This document shows positions 1 through 9,075 of a stretch of 32,000 nt of DNA, one piece after another (position 1 is the stretch's first letter; every line of letters begins with the position of its first letter). The notes under the pieces are model-generated. The model was not told the origin of the DNA, ran no database searches, and saw only the letters and a list, made by a program, of their open reading frames with translations. Where the stretch lies: NCBI RefSeq assembly GCF_042660085.1, contig NZ_JBHSTI010000002.1, forward strand, positions 60,001 to 92,000, given 5' to 3'. The DNA comes from Longivirga aurantiaca (GTDB lineage Bacteria > Actinomycetota > Actinomycetes > S36-B12 > CAIYMF01). Both the position numbers and the translations under genes were made by a program.

Positions 1-521
1 GCGTCCGTGCGGCCAGCAGGCTGATACATCGCAGACACGGTGTCGGCGGGAAGAAAGGCCAAGATGGCCTTGCCGCCCGCGGTGATGTGGGCCGGGTAGT
101 TGGCGCCCCTGAGGGTGCCAACCCGGAGGGCGCGTTGGACCTCGACACTCTCCACGAATGTCAGCGTCATGCCCCGTAGCACGCCCACGGCAACCGTTTC
201 GTCGAGTTTCGCTGCCAAGGCCGCTAGATGCGGTCGCGCCCAGAGCCGCATATCGGAAAGATCGAGCAGGGAGACCCCGAGGTCGACCAAGGCCTCGCCA
301 GGGCCGTAGGCCTTGCTCTCGACGTTCTGCGCGACGAACTTGTGGTGCTGCAGCATGGCAAGGAGCCGGTGGGCGGTGGACGGCGCTACGTCCAAGTACT
401 TGGCGACTTGAGACACGCGCACGGTGCGCTCTGTCCGGAACATCAGCAGCAGCCGAAGCGCGTTGTCCACCGACTCGATCCGGTACTGCGGGCCCGCGTT
501 GTCGCCCCTGGGTTCCACCAC
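1..521 (-). CDS. IclR-family transcriptional regulator (C-terminus runs off the left edge)
   Basis: Reverse complement from GTG at 521 reads VVEPRGDNAGPQYRIESVDNALRLLLMFRTERTVRVSQVAKYLDVAPSTAHRLLAMLQHHKFV..., an IclR N-terminal wHTH pattern. No stop before position 1. Confidence 0.85.
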   Translation of the reverse strand, partial: MVEPRGDNAGPQYRIESVDNALRLLLMFRTERTVRVSQVAKYLDVAPSTAHRLLAMLQHHKFVAQNVESKAYGPGEALVDLGVSLLDLSDMRLWARPHLAALAAKLDETVAVGVLRGMTLTFVESVEVQRALRVGTLRGANYPAHITAGGKAILAFLPADTVSAMYQPAGRTD

Positions 522-718
522 TTCTAGGCCCCCGTCCCTGTCGGCGCAGCCCCGTGGAGTGTGTCCGGGGCAGCACCGCGCCTTTTCTGCACGCTAGAAC
601 AATAGGGCACCTCGACGGGTCGAATGAGGAGCGCTGGGTTCGGAAGCGGAGTGCTGCCCGGATGGCGGCGATCCATCCGAGGGCCCGCCGCCAACATCGT
701 TATGCGTCCGTTAACTAA

Positions 719-727
719 TATGTTACC
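719..727 (+). promoter_or_regulatory. Candidate regulatory half-site TATGTTACC between the divergent iclR-like and SBP genes
   Basis: ACTAATATGTTACC resembles the right half (ACTAGTATGTCACC) of the palindrome at 9044-9075. Confidence 0.4.
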
Positions 728-884
728 GATCACATCTACATTGCACCCAGAGCCGTCCGCGGCAGAGGTTCTGGTCCCACATGGAGGCCCCGGCGACCGA
801 TCGGCCGGAGCCTGTTCGAGCAGTGATCCACGTGGCGTGCGGTCTCCACCGCGCTCCTTACCCCTCTCAAGGAGTACTAGCAGG

Positions 885-2168
885 ATGCGAAACCCAGTTG
901 GAAAGGCCCTGGCGGCGTGGGTCGTCGTTGCCAGCGTTCTGACGCTGTCTGCATGCGGTAGCAACGCTGCCAACAACTCGTCGTCCAGCAGCGCTGCGCC
1001 GAGTACGTCCGATTCGGCAACCGCCTCCGTGTCGTCTGACTGCCAGGTGGTGTTCGGGACGAACACCGAGCTGTCGGGCGACTACCAGGTCTACGGCGTG
1101 CCAGCCGCGCAAGGACTCGACGAGGCGGCCAAGGACATCAACGCCGCCGGTGGTGTCAAGGTCGGCGATCAGACCTGCGAGTTCGTCGCGGTCAACGTCG
1201 ACAACAAGTCGGATCCGGCCGAGGTCCTGACCGCGTCCCAGAAGGTCGTGGATGCCAAGGCGCTCGCTGCGCTCGGCCCGGACTTCAGCGGTGACGTGGC
1301 CTACGAGACGTGGAAGAAGGCCGGCATCATCGACTGGGTCACGAGCTCGGACATGATCGAGCGGCTGCGAACCGATCCCGAGAACAGCCCGCTCATGCTG
1401 TCGCTGCTGGCCTTCCAGGACCTGCAGCACATCGCCTACATGGCGCAGGCCAAGGCAAGTGCGCCGGACATCAAGACGGTCGCGATGCTGCTGCCCAACG
1501 GCGCGGTCACGGATGCGTGGGTCGACGACTACACCAAGGGTGCCGAGGCGAACGGCATGCAGGTGGTCAACACCACCCTCTTCCCGCCGGATACCCAGGA
1601 CTACTCGACCTTCCTGACCAAGGTGGCGGCGTCCAAGCCTGACCTGCTGATCGTCGGCACCTCCGCGGAGCAGTCGACCGGCATCATGTCGCAGGCTGTT
1701 CCGATGAACGTGGCGAAGTACTACATGAGCGAGACGGCCTCGGCGGAGTCGGTTGAAGCGCTCCCCGAGCTGGCGAGCGCCACCGTCTTCCTCCCGGCCT
1801 TCGCTCCGACGTTCTCGGCGTCAGCAACCCTGCCGACCGACGACGTGACGGCCATCTTCCCCGACGGGAAGGCACCCCTCGTGGCAGCCGCAGCCATCGT
1901 GCTCTACTACGCGGCCTGGCTGACCAAGCAGGCCGTTGAGACGGCCGGCAGCACGGACCCGCAGGCCGTCATGGATGCCCTCGTGGGCTCCAGCTACGAC
2001 GGGCCCTTCGGCACGTGCAGCATCACCGAGGAGAAGTACATGAGTTGCCCGACCGTGTTCACGGTGCTGAAGGGTGGCGACGTGACCGTGTTCCAGTTCG
2101 CGGGCCCGTTCGAGACGGCTCCGATGGCCGTCTTTGACTGCGCCGACGCGACCTGCAAGGAGCGGTAG
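885..2168 (+). CDS. Branched-chain amino acid/amide-type ABC transporter substrate-binding lipoprotein
   Basis: ATG at 885 preceded by AAGGAG; signal peptide with LSAC lipobox; periplasmic-binding fold type I sequence (VVFGTNTELSGDYQVYG...AAQGLDEAAKDINAAGGV). Confidence 0.85.
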   Translation: MRNPVGKALAAWVVVASVLTLSACGSNAANNSSSSSAAPSTSDSATASVSSDCQVVFGTNTELSGDYQVYGVPAAQGLDEAAKDINAAGGVKVGDQTCEFVAVNVDNKSDPAEVLTASQKVVDAKALAALGPDFSGDVAYETWKKAGIIDWVTSSDMIERLRTDPENSPLMLSLLAFQDLQHIAYMAQAKASAPDIKTVAMLLPNGAVTDAWVDDYTKGAEANGMQVVNTTLFPPDTQDYSTFLTKVAASKPDLLIVGTSAEQSTGIMSQAVPMNVAKYYMSETASAESVEALPELASATVFLPAFAPTFSASATLPTDDVTAIFPDGKAPLVAAAAIVLYYAAWLTKQAVETAGSTDPQAVMDALVGSSYDGPFGTCSITEEKYMSCPTVFTVLKGGDVTVFQFAGPFETAPMAVFDCADATCKER

Positions 2169-2180
2169 CACACGAGACAG

Positions 2181-2223
2181 AAGCCGTGGTGGGCGGGCCC
2201 TTGGGGTCCGCCCACCACGGCTT
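2181..2223. terminator. Strong stem-loop terminator between convergent genes
   Basis: AAGCCGTGGTGGGCGGgCC ... GGtCCGCCCACCACGGCTT, nearly perfect inverted repeat (one G/T position) right after the SBP stop. Confidence 0.8.
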
Positions 2224-2403
2224 TCCGGGTGCGCGTCCTCGAGTCGTGCGCCAGGGCGCCGCGGGTTCTGACGCGGGGCGTCACCCTCCATCGGACCGGG
2301 GCGCTTCATCCAACTGCACGACCGCGAAGCCGGTCGCGACGGCCTTGAGCCGCAACGCGCCGTGGGACCTTGCCGTGGTCTCTCTCCCGGCTGGGAGGAA
2401 CGG

Positions 2404-3570
2404 TCAGGAGTGTGCGCGCGCCGCCGCGAGTGCACGGCGGGCCTTCTGGAAGCGGTTGACCGAGTTCGAGGCCAGGACGCCTACCACTCGATCGTCGACT
2501 CGGGACTCGATGACGAACGCGCCGGTCGCCATCGACCCCTCGACGACCTCGTCCGTGTCGCCGCGAACGCCCGCGCATTGAAGGTGCATCGTGAACTGAT
2601 CGGACCAGAAGTAGGGGATCGATCGAAACGGGCCCTCTTGGACCCCCAGCAGCGAGCGAGCGGCGTACTCCGACTGCTCAACCGCGTTGGTCCAGTGCTC
2701 GATGCGCATGGCTCGCCCGTACGCCGGATTCTGCCAGCGTGCCACATCCCCCGCGGCCACGACCCCGTCCGCACCGATGGCGCGGCACTCTTCGTCGCAG
2801 AGCACACCGTCGGAGATGTCCAGGCCTGATCCGGAGAGCCAACCCACCGCCGGCCTGACGCCGATCCCGACGACGACGAGATCAGCTGCGATGGTGTCGC
2901 CCCCGGACAGGGTCACTCCCGTCACGTCCGAGTCGCCCTCGATCGATGTCACGCTGGCGCCGAAGCGCGTGGCGACCCCGCGATCGCGGTGCTGCTGGAA
3001 GATGTACGAGGCGACCAGTCTCCCGACCTGCGGCTCCAAGGGCAGCGGACTGGAATCGATCAGCGTGACCTCCAGCCCCCGCTCCCGGCATACGGAGGCA
3101 ATCTCCGAACCGATGAATCCGGCACCGATGACTGCGACCCGCGGCCGCCGCGAGATCCTCGCTAGCAGGAGGGATGCATCGTCCGCGCTCCGCAGGTAGC
3201 GCACGCCGGGAAGATCCGCCCCGGGGCACCGCAGCCGGATCACCTCTGTGCCTGTGGCGATCATGAGCCCATCGAAGGGAACCGACGTCCCTCCCTGCAC
3301 GCGAACGCACCGGGCGGCAAGGTCCAGATCGGTCGCAGCTACGCCGAGATGTATCGCGGCATCCAAGTCCTCGAAGACGGGAAGGCGAGCCTGCTCGAGG
3401 GTCCATGTGGATGCGAGCACGGCCTTGGACAGCGGAGGCCGGTCGAACGGTGGGAACTGGGCTTCTGCCCCGATGAGGGTCATCCGTCCTTCAAACCCTT
3501 GGCGGCGGATCTCCTCCGCTCCCCGGAGGCCCGCCAATGACGCTCCGACGATGCAGATGCTCCTCATCAT
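2404..3570 (-). CDS. FAD/NAD(P)-dependent ferredoxin reductase component of ring-hydroxylating oxygenase (BphA4/rubredoxin reductase-like)
   Basis: ICIVGASLAGLRGAEEIRRQGFEGRMTLIGAE...PPLSK; second nucleotide-binding motif VAVIGAGFIGSEIASVCRERG; GDVARWQNP. Confidence 0.85.
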   Translation of the reverse strand: MMRSICIVGASLAGLRGAEEIRRQGFEGRMTLIGAEAQFPPFDRPPLSKAVLASTWTLEQARLPVFEDLDAAIHLGVAATDLDLAARCVRVQGGTSVPFDGLMIATGTEVIRLRCPGADLPGVRYLRSADDASLLLARISRRPRVAVIGAGFIGSEIASVCRERGLEVTLIDSSPLPLEPQVGRLVASYIFQQHRDRGVATRFGASVTSIEGDSDVTGVTLSGGDTIAADLVVVGIGVRPAVGWLSGSGLDISDGVLCDEECRAIGADGVVAAGDVARWQNPAYGRAMRIEHWTNAVEQSEYAARSLLGVQEGPFRSIPYFWSDQFTMHLQCAGVRGDTDEVVEGSMATGAFVIESRVDDRVVGVLASNSVNRFQKARRALAAARAHS

Positions 3571-3579
3571 GAGCCAAGT

Positions 3580-3592
3580 GTATGTTACATGC
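3580..3592 (+). promoter_or_regulatory. Candidate regulatory site GTATGTTACATGC about 10 bp upstream of the reductase start
   Basis: Contains TGTTACATGC, identical to 10628-10637, and the GTATGTTAC core also seen at 19146. Confidence 0.45.
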
Positions 3593-3660
3593 TAATGATC
3601 GCAACCCCTCGACTCCGGCTTCCACACCGGAAGTTGTCGGCGGGTGATTGATGTCTAGTC

Positions 3661-3670
3661 GGTAACATGT
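3661..3670 (-). promoter_or_regulatory. Candidate regulatory site GGTAACATGT (ACATGTTACC on the minus strand)
   Basis: Same core, opposite orientation, in the divergent promoter 3571-3723. Confidence 0.4.
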
Positions 3671-3723
3671 AAGACTCCCGTCCGTCGGGGACCGAGCACC
3701 GCCCTGAAAGGAACTCGGAGTTG

Positions 3724-4575
3724 ATGGCAACCATCCATGGGGCGTCGACGCGAGCCGTCGAGACGTCGGAAGCGATGGTCTCCTATCGGGATGTCGGCTC
3801 GGGACCCGTTCTTCTGCTTCTGCACGGAGGCGCGCCGGCGGCGACCGGCTGGGGGAACTTCGGCCGCAACGTCGCCGACTTGGCAGCTGACTTCCGTGTG
3901 ATCACCCCAGACCAGCCGGGCTTCGGTGGATCGCGGTTGAACAGCGACAGCGGCCTCCCGTACCCGGTGGTCTCCGCACAGGCCATGATCGAGCTCCTCG
4001 ACGTGCTCGGGATCGACAGAGCTCACGTCGTGGGTAATTCGAAAGGGGCGGCGGTCGCGTTGCAGATGGCCCTGCTCAAGCCCGACCTTGTGGATCGCCT
4101 CGTGCTCGTAACTCCTGCACTGGAGGGCTTCGCACCCCATGTGCTGGCCCCTGAAGCCGAGGGCGAGCGCCTGCTGCGCGACTACTATCCGGATCCGACC
4201 CTTGAACGGGCTCGCCACCTGGTCCGCTCTTTCGTGTTCGACCCTGATGAGATCCCCAACCTCGAGCAGGTGGTGGAGGCGCGCTACAACGCGACCCTGG
4301 ACCAGCAGAGCGAAGCGGGCTATCTGCGGATGATGACCTCGACGGTTGCCGACAGCGACTCGCGCTCGGCGGTCGAGAAGGTTCGCAGCATCGAGAATCC
4401 GACGCTGCTCATGTGGGGGCGCGACGACAAGTTCTGCAACGTGGAGGACGCCTTTGCTTACCTGTCGGCCCTCCGCAACTCCGAACTCGTTGTCTTTCGC
4501 AGCACGGGGCACTGGCTCATGTTCGAGCGGTGCACCGAGTTCGCTGCCCACACCAAAGCGTTCCTCAGCCGATGA
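3724..4575 (+). CDS. Alpha/beta hydrolase, meta-cleavage-product hydrolase-like (paralog of 10672-11523)
   Basis: VSYRDVGSGPVLLLLHGGAPAA; nucleophile GNSKG; Asp in WGRDDKF; His in STGHW. An alternative TTG start is at 3721. Confidence 0.82.
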   Translation: MATIHGASTRAVETSEAMVSYRDVGSGPVLLLLHGGAPAATGWGNFGRNVADLAADFRVITPDQPGFGGSRLNSDSGLPYPVVSAQAMIELLDVLGIDRAHVVGNSKGAAVALQMALLKPDLVDRLVLVTPALEGFAPHVLAPEAEGERLLRDYYPDPTLERARHLVRSFVFDPDEIPNLEQVVEARYNATLDQQSEAGYLRMMTSTVADSDSRSAVEKVRSIENPTLLMWGRDDKFCNVEDAFAYLSALRNSELVVFRSTGHWLMFERCTEFAAHTKAFLSR

Positions 4576-4644
4576 ACGGTGCCGCGCGCGTACTCGTGGG
4601 GCCGCGTTCTTGCTCACGTTCGCAGACCCGACGGGAGCAGTGAG

Positions 4645-5535
4645 TTGAACGAGTTTCTCCAGTTCACTTTCAACGGGCTCGTGACCGGTGCCGTATACGT
4701 ACTCGTTGGCGTTGGCTTGACGGTGGGTATCGGTGTCGCACGGTTCTTCAACTTCGCTCAAGGACAGCTGGTGGCCCTAGCGGCAATCATGGGGGCGGTA
4801 CTCACTGCAGCAGGGATGCCCTACATCGTCATGGTCCCCTGCGTCCTCCTGACCGTCGCTCTGGTGGGGATGGGGATCCGCGAGAGCATCGTGCGGTTCG
4901 CTGGGACCGACAGCTTGGTCGTGTTCCTTGGCACGCTGGGCTTCGGCATCGTCCTGCAGTCCGCGATCGTCCTGCTCTGGGGCCCCGAGCAGCGACAGAT
5001 CGCGAGCCCCTTCTCGGGCGTCGTCTACATCGGCGAACTGGTGCTTCCGGTCTCCAAGCTCATGCTGTTCGCCGTCACCATTCCTGCCGTCGCGGTCCTC
5101 TACTACGTACTGGCGAGGACGAAGGCAGGGCTTCGCCTGCGATCCTGCGCGGAGAACCCTGACGTCTCCTCCCTCTTGGGCGTCAATGTGGGTCGAACGA
5201 TGCGCTCGGCTGTCGCCCTGGGCGCAGTGCTCGCAGCTCTTGCGGGGATTCTCATCGCGACCCTGTTCCCGTTCAGTCCGTTCAGCGGGGGGTCCTACCT
5301 CATCAAGGGCATCGCCGTTGCTCTGGCCGGCGGGCTGGGAAGCATCTCGGGTGCGGTGATCAGCGGTCTCGCCCTGGGACTCATCGAGACATATGCGACC
5401 GCGTACGGCGTCCCCCTCGGCTTCTACACATTCGGACCCGAGTGGCAGGACGGCTATGCCTTCGTCCTCATCATCGCTGTCCTGGCGCTTCGCCCACGTG
5501 GTCTCTTCAGGGGAACAGGCGATGTCGATGTCTAG
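4645..5535 (+). CDS. Branched-chain amino acid-type ABC transporter permease (LivH family)
   Basis: TTG start proposed at 4645 with an upstream purine-rich RBS; FNGLVTGAVYVLVGVGLTVGIGVARFFNFAQGQL, GLRLRSCAENPDVSSLLGVNV, LAGGLGSISGAVISGLALGLIE. Confidence 0.85.
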   Translation: MNEFLQFTFNGLVTGAVYVLVGVGLTVGIGVARFFNFAQGQLVALAAIMGAVLTAAGMPYIVMVPCVLLTVALVGMGIRESIVRFAGTDSLVVFLGTLGFGIVLQSAIVLLWGPEQRQIASPFSGVVYIGELVLPVSKLMLFAVTIPAVAVLYYVLARTKAGLRLRSCAENPDVSSLLGVNVGRTMRSAVALGAVLAALAGILIATLFPFSPFSGGSYLIKGIAVALAGGLGSISGAVISGLALGLIETYATAYGVPLGFYTFGPEWQDGYAFVLIIAVLALRPRGLFRGTGDVDV

Positions 5536-7426
5536 CCGGGAGAGGGTCCTTCAGGCTCTGCCCCGGGTGGGTCTTGCCTTCCTGGCCATCACACCTGTCT
5601 TCGTGATTCCGCTCGGGGGTTTCTCGACTCCTTGGAACGCCACGAACACGGCGATGACAGTTGCCAGCATGGCAGCCATCTTCGGCACAGTCGCCGTGGC
5701 CACGGCGATGTTCGCCTTCCTCACGGGGCTTCCATCGATCGCACAGGCCGGTCTCTGGGGTGTGAGCGCCTACGCCGCGGGAATCTCCATGGACAGATTC
5801 GGACTCAACTTCTGGGCCAGCTTCCTTGTGGCTATTGCGGCTTCGGTCATCGTCGCGATACCGGCAGCGCTCGTGGCCCTTCGCACTCGCGGCAATGCGT
5901 TCCTCATCGTGACACTCGCCTTCAGCGAGTTCATCGTTCTGATTCTCGCCAACGCCGAGGGCCTGACCGGTGGCTTCTCGGGCTTGTCCTTCCTGGACAA
6001 CCCGCCATCGATTGGCCCGTTGGACTTCTCCTCCCCGTTGAGTCAGTACTACGTGTACCTCGCCGTACTGGCCGTCGCGATCGGCGTGTACTGGATGGTG
6101 CGTCGTTCCAGCTTCGGTCAACGAGTGCAAGCCGTTCGAGACAACGAGAACCTCGCGAGCTCGGTGTCGATAGTCACGGGCTTGCACCGAGTCACGCTCT
6201 TCCTCCTCTCGGCGGCGGTCACGGGACTGGCGGGTCCGCTGATACTCCTTCAACAGCGCGTGATCACCCCCGGACTCTTCAGCACGGACGTCTTCCTGAG
6301 CGTCTACCTCATGATCATGCTCGGCGGCATCGCGACCATCGCGGGGCCCGCTGTCGGCGCCTGGGTGGTGCAGGGGCTTCCTGAGTGGATCGGCTCTGTC
6401 GCTGGCATTGGGCCGAACGCTCAGAGGCTCTTGTACGGCCTGCTCCTGCTCTTCTTCGTGCTGGTCGCTCGCAATGGCGTCATGGGCCAGTTGAGCATCC
6501 TCTATCGGACGCGAATCCTCGGAGTCCCGGCCTTGTCTTCCATCAGGACGACGCGGGACAGGGCGCCTCGGCTCCGCGATGCGCCGGCGCTCCCTCGGGC
6601 GGATCAACCGGCAGCTCCGGTTCTTGTCGGGAAGGACCTCCCGGAGGAGATCGTTCTTGACGTACGCAACCTCAGCCATAGCTTCGGAGCCAACCTGGTG
6701 CTCGACGACCTGTCGTTCGAGTTGAGGCGTGGCGAGATCCGAGGGTTGATCGGACCGAACGGGTCGGGCAAGACGACAACGCTCAACTTGATCAGCGGTT
6801 TCATCCCGTCGAACTCGGGGCAGGTGCTCTTCCGCGGATCCTCGATTGGCGGTCGGCGCTTGGAGAAGGTGTCCGGCATGGGTCTGGTCCGAACATTTCA
6901 GCAGCCGGAAGTGTTTCGCACATTCACGGCACGCCAGACGTGCGCGATGGTGATGAACTCGTTGGGATCACTGGGCGGAGGCCGCACATTCAATCCGGAT
7001 CTTCCGGACGATCCTGAGTTCTACCTCGAGCTGTGCGCGCTCACTGAGGTTGCCGACGAGTTGCCCGGCAACCTCTCCTATGGGCACACGAGACTCCTTG
7101 GGGTTGCGGCCGCTCTTGCACGAAGGCCGCACGTTCTCCTGCTCGACGAACCCGCCGCAGGATTGAGCACCGTTGACCGCGGTCGGCTAGCCAACGCCAT
7201 CCTCGGCGCTCGTGATGGAGGCGTCTCCGTCGTGATCGTCGATCACGACATGTCATTCCTACTCCCGCTGTGCCATCGTCTGACGGTCCTGGACTACGGG
7301 AGGAAGATCGCCGAAGGGGCCCCTGACGCGGTCACCGTGAATCCTGAGGTCATCGCGGCCTACTTGGGGTCGGGCTTTGCCCAGAAGTACGCAGACGAGC
7401 GTCGCACGGAGGAAGCCAATGACTGA
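5522..7426 (+). CDS. Branched-chain amino acid-type ABC transporter permease-ATPase fusion (LivM + LivG)
   Basis: One uninterrupted frame: N-terminal LivM membrane domain, then LivG ATPase with Walker A GPNGSGKT, signature LSYGHTRLLGVAAAL and Walker B HVLLLDEP. Overlaps the 3' end of the LivH gene. Confidence 0.88.
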   Translation: MSMSSRERVLQALPRVGLAFLAITPVFVIPLGGFSTPWNATNTAMTVASMAAIFGTVAVATAMFAFLTGLPSIAQAGLWGVSAYAAGISMDRFGLNFWASFLVAIAASVIVAIPAALVALRTRGNAFLIVTLAFSEFIVLILANAEGLTGGFSGLSFLDNPPSIGPLDFSSPLSQYYVYLAVLAVAIGVYWMVRRSSFGQRVQAVRDNENLASSVSIVTGLHRVTLFLLSAAVTGLAGPLILLQQRVITPGLFSTDVFLSVYLMIMLGGIATIAGPAVGAWVVQGLPEWIGSVAGIGPNAQRLLYGLLLLFFVLVARNGVMGQLSILYRTRILGVPALSSIRTTRDRAPRLRDAPALPRADQPAAPVLVGKDLPEEIVLDVRNLSHSFGANLVLDDLSFELRRGEIRGLIGPNGSGKTTTLNLISGFIPSNSGQVLFRGSSIGGRRLEKVSGMGLVRTFQQPEVFRTFTARQTCAMVMNSLGSLGGGRTFNPDLPDDPEFYLELCALTEVADELPGNLSYGHTRLLGVAAALARRPHVLLLDEPAAGLSTVDRGRLANAILGARDGGVSVVIVDHDMSFLLPLCHRLTVLDYGRKIAEGAPDAVTVNPEVIAAYLGSGFAQKYADERRTEEAND

Positions 7427-8141
7427 GGAGTCAGAAGCTGGGCTCGGACTCGTGGTAGAGAACCTCGTGACTGGGTACGGCTCGATCGAGGTTCTCCATG
7501 GCGTATCCATCAACGTCGAACCGGGCAGTGCCGTTGCCATCGTCGGATCTAACGGAGCCGGCAAGTCGACCCTCTTGAGAGCCGTTTCGGGGCTCCTGCC
7601 CGTCCTGGCAGGCAGCATCACGTTGGGAAGCCACGACGTGAGCAGTCTCAGCCCTCACAAGATCGCACGTGCGGGGGTGGGCCACATCCCTGAAGGTCGC
7701 CAAGTACTCCAGAGGCTCACGGTCAGAGAGAATCTGATCCTCGGCGCGCAGGGCAGCGCCGACGCTCCCGAACGACTGGACGCGCTTCTCGAGACGTTTC
7801 CCGCCTTGCGGGACAAGCTCGGTCAGGTGGGTGGGCAGCTCTCGGGCGGACAGCAGCAGATGCTGGCTATAGCCCGGGCTCTCATGGCCAATCCTCGGCT
7901 GATCCTGCTCGATGAGCCAACGGTCGGACTGTCCCCGAAGCTCACCGATGAGCTCTACTACCTGCTCGCCCGCATCCGGCATGAGTGGAAGGCGACATTC
8001 GTTCTCGTCGAGCAGAACATCGCGCTGGCGGCTGACCTGACCGATCAGGCGATCCTTCTCCAGAGGGGCCGCGTGATCCGCACGGAGCCGTCGAAGAGCC
8101 TGATGCACGACGAGGACCTGCTGAAGGCCTACCTGACCTAG
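7419..8141 (+). CDS. Branched-chain amino acid-type ABC transporter ATP-binding protein (LivF family)
   Basis: Walker A GSNGAGKST, signature LSGGQQQMLAIARAL, Walker B RLILLDEP; ATG overlaps the stop of the upstream gene. Confidence 0.88.
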   Translation: MTEESEAGLGLVVENLVTGYGSIEVLHGVSINVEPGSAVAIVGSNGAGKSTLLRAVSGLLPVLAGSITLGSHDVSSLSPHKIARAGVGHIPEGRQVLQRLTVRENLILGAQGSADAPERLDALLETFPALRDKLGQVGGQLSGGQQQMLAIARALMANPRLILLDEPTVGLSPKLTDELYYLLARIRHEWKATFVLVEQNIALAADLTDQAILLQRGRVIRTEPSKSLMHDEDLLKAYLT

Positions 8142-8344
8142 ACGTCTCGGCAGGTCGCGTGGGTTGAAGGCGTGCCACGAGATCGTCCGGTCTTGGGAAG
8201 GGCCGAGCCCACGCCCGGGTGTACGACTGTCGCAGGGGCAGCTTCGTCACCGGGGTCTTCCGGTCTCGGCTCACGTTGCGCTGGCCCTTCCGGCAGTGCC
8301 GTCCAGTCTCGCCTCCCCCCCAGCCTGTCGTTAGTCTGTCTGGC

Positions 8345-9016
8345 ATGGTTAGGCAGACGTCATCCTTGTCGCGCAACGTGGCACCTGCGCAACGTCTCGG
8401 GGCGCGGGTCTATGAGCAGGTGAAGTCGCAGATCCTCTCCGGCTACTACGCCCCCGGCGAGTGGCTCCCCGTCGACGATCTATGCCGCACGTTCGGAGTC
8501 AGCCGGCAGCCCGTGATGGAGTCCATGCGACGGCTCTCCGGCGACTGGCTCGTGCAGATCGTTCCCCAGGTCGGCTGCCGAGTGGCTCAGTACGACCAGC
8601 AAGCGTTGGTCGACTACATCAGGACCGTTGGCGACCTGGAGGGCGAGGTGGCTGCGTTGGCAGCGACGCGCCGCACCAGCGAGCAACTGGAAGACCTCGC
8701 GGCGATCACTCGCGAACTTCAAGAGGTCACCTCGTTCGGTGACGAGACGCGCCAGCTCACCCGCGACTACCACGGCCTGGTCCTGGAGATGGCTCATTCC
8801 GAAGTTCTGCAGCAGGTGTGCGAACAGCTCTGGGATCTCGGCGATTTCGCCTGGGGGATCATCCTCGCTAGTGGGACTCCGGCGCCGCACGCTGACGGTG
8901 AGGAACGGGACCACATCACCCGGCTGTCGGCGGCGATCGAGGCGCAGGACCCGGAGCTGGCCCGATCGGCGGCAAAGGAGTGGCTGATCGCCGACCTGGC
9001 GCCGTCGCCTCGGTAG
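8345..9016 (+). CDS. GntR-family transcriptional regulator (FadR/FCD-type)
   Basis: RVYEQVKSQILSGYYAPGEWLPVDDLCRTFGVSRQPVMESMRRLSGDWLVQIVPQVGCRVA, a GntR wHTH, followed by an alpha-helical FCD-like domain. Confidence 0.85.
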   Translation: MVRQTSSLSRNVAPAQRLGARVYEQVKSQILSGYYAPGEWLPVDDLCRTFGVSRQPVMESMRRLSGDWLVQIVPQVGCRVAQYDQQALVDYIRTVGDLEGEVAALAATRRTSEQLEDLAAITRELQEVTSFGDETRQLTRDYHGLVLEMAHSEVLQQVCEQLWDLGDFAWGIILASGTPAPHADGEERDHITRLSAAIEAQDPELARSAAKEWLIADLAPSPR

Positions 9017-9043
9017 CGCCCAGGGGTCCGCTCGACCACCGCG

Positions 9044-9075
9044 AGCATGGTGACATACTAGTATGTCACCATGCT
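9044..9075. promoter_or_regulatory. 32-bp perfect palindrome, candidate operator
   Basis: AGCATGGTGACATACT/AGTATGTCACCATGCT is perfectly self-complementary and spans the ATG at 9071. Confidence 0.75.

Noticed and set aside
3655-4761. 368-aa minus-strand ORF opposite the first hydrolase
   Set aside because: Antisense to an intact catalytic-triad hydrolase; a parallel ORF (10879-11883) exists opposite the paralog simply because the plus strands are homologous.
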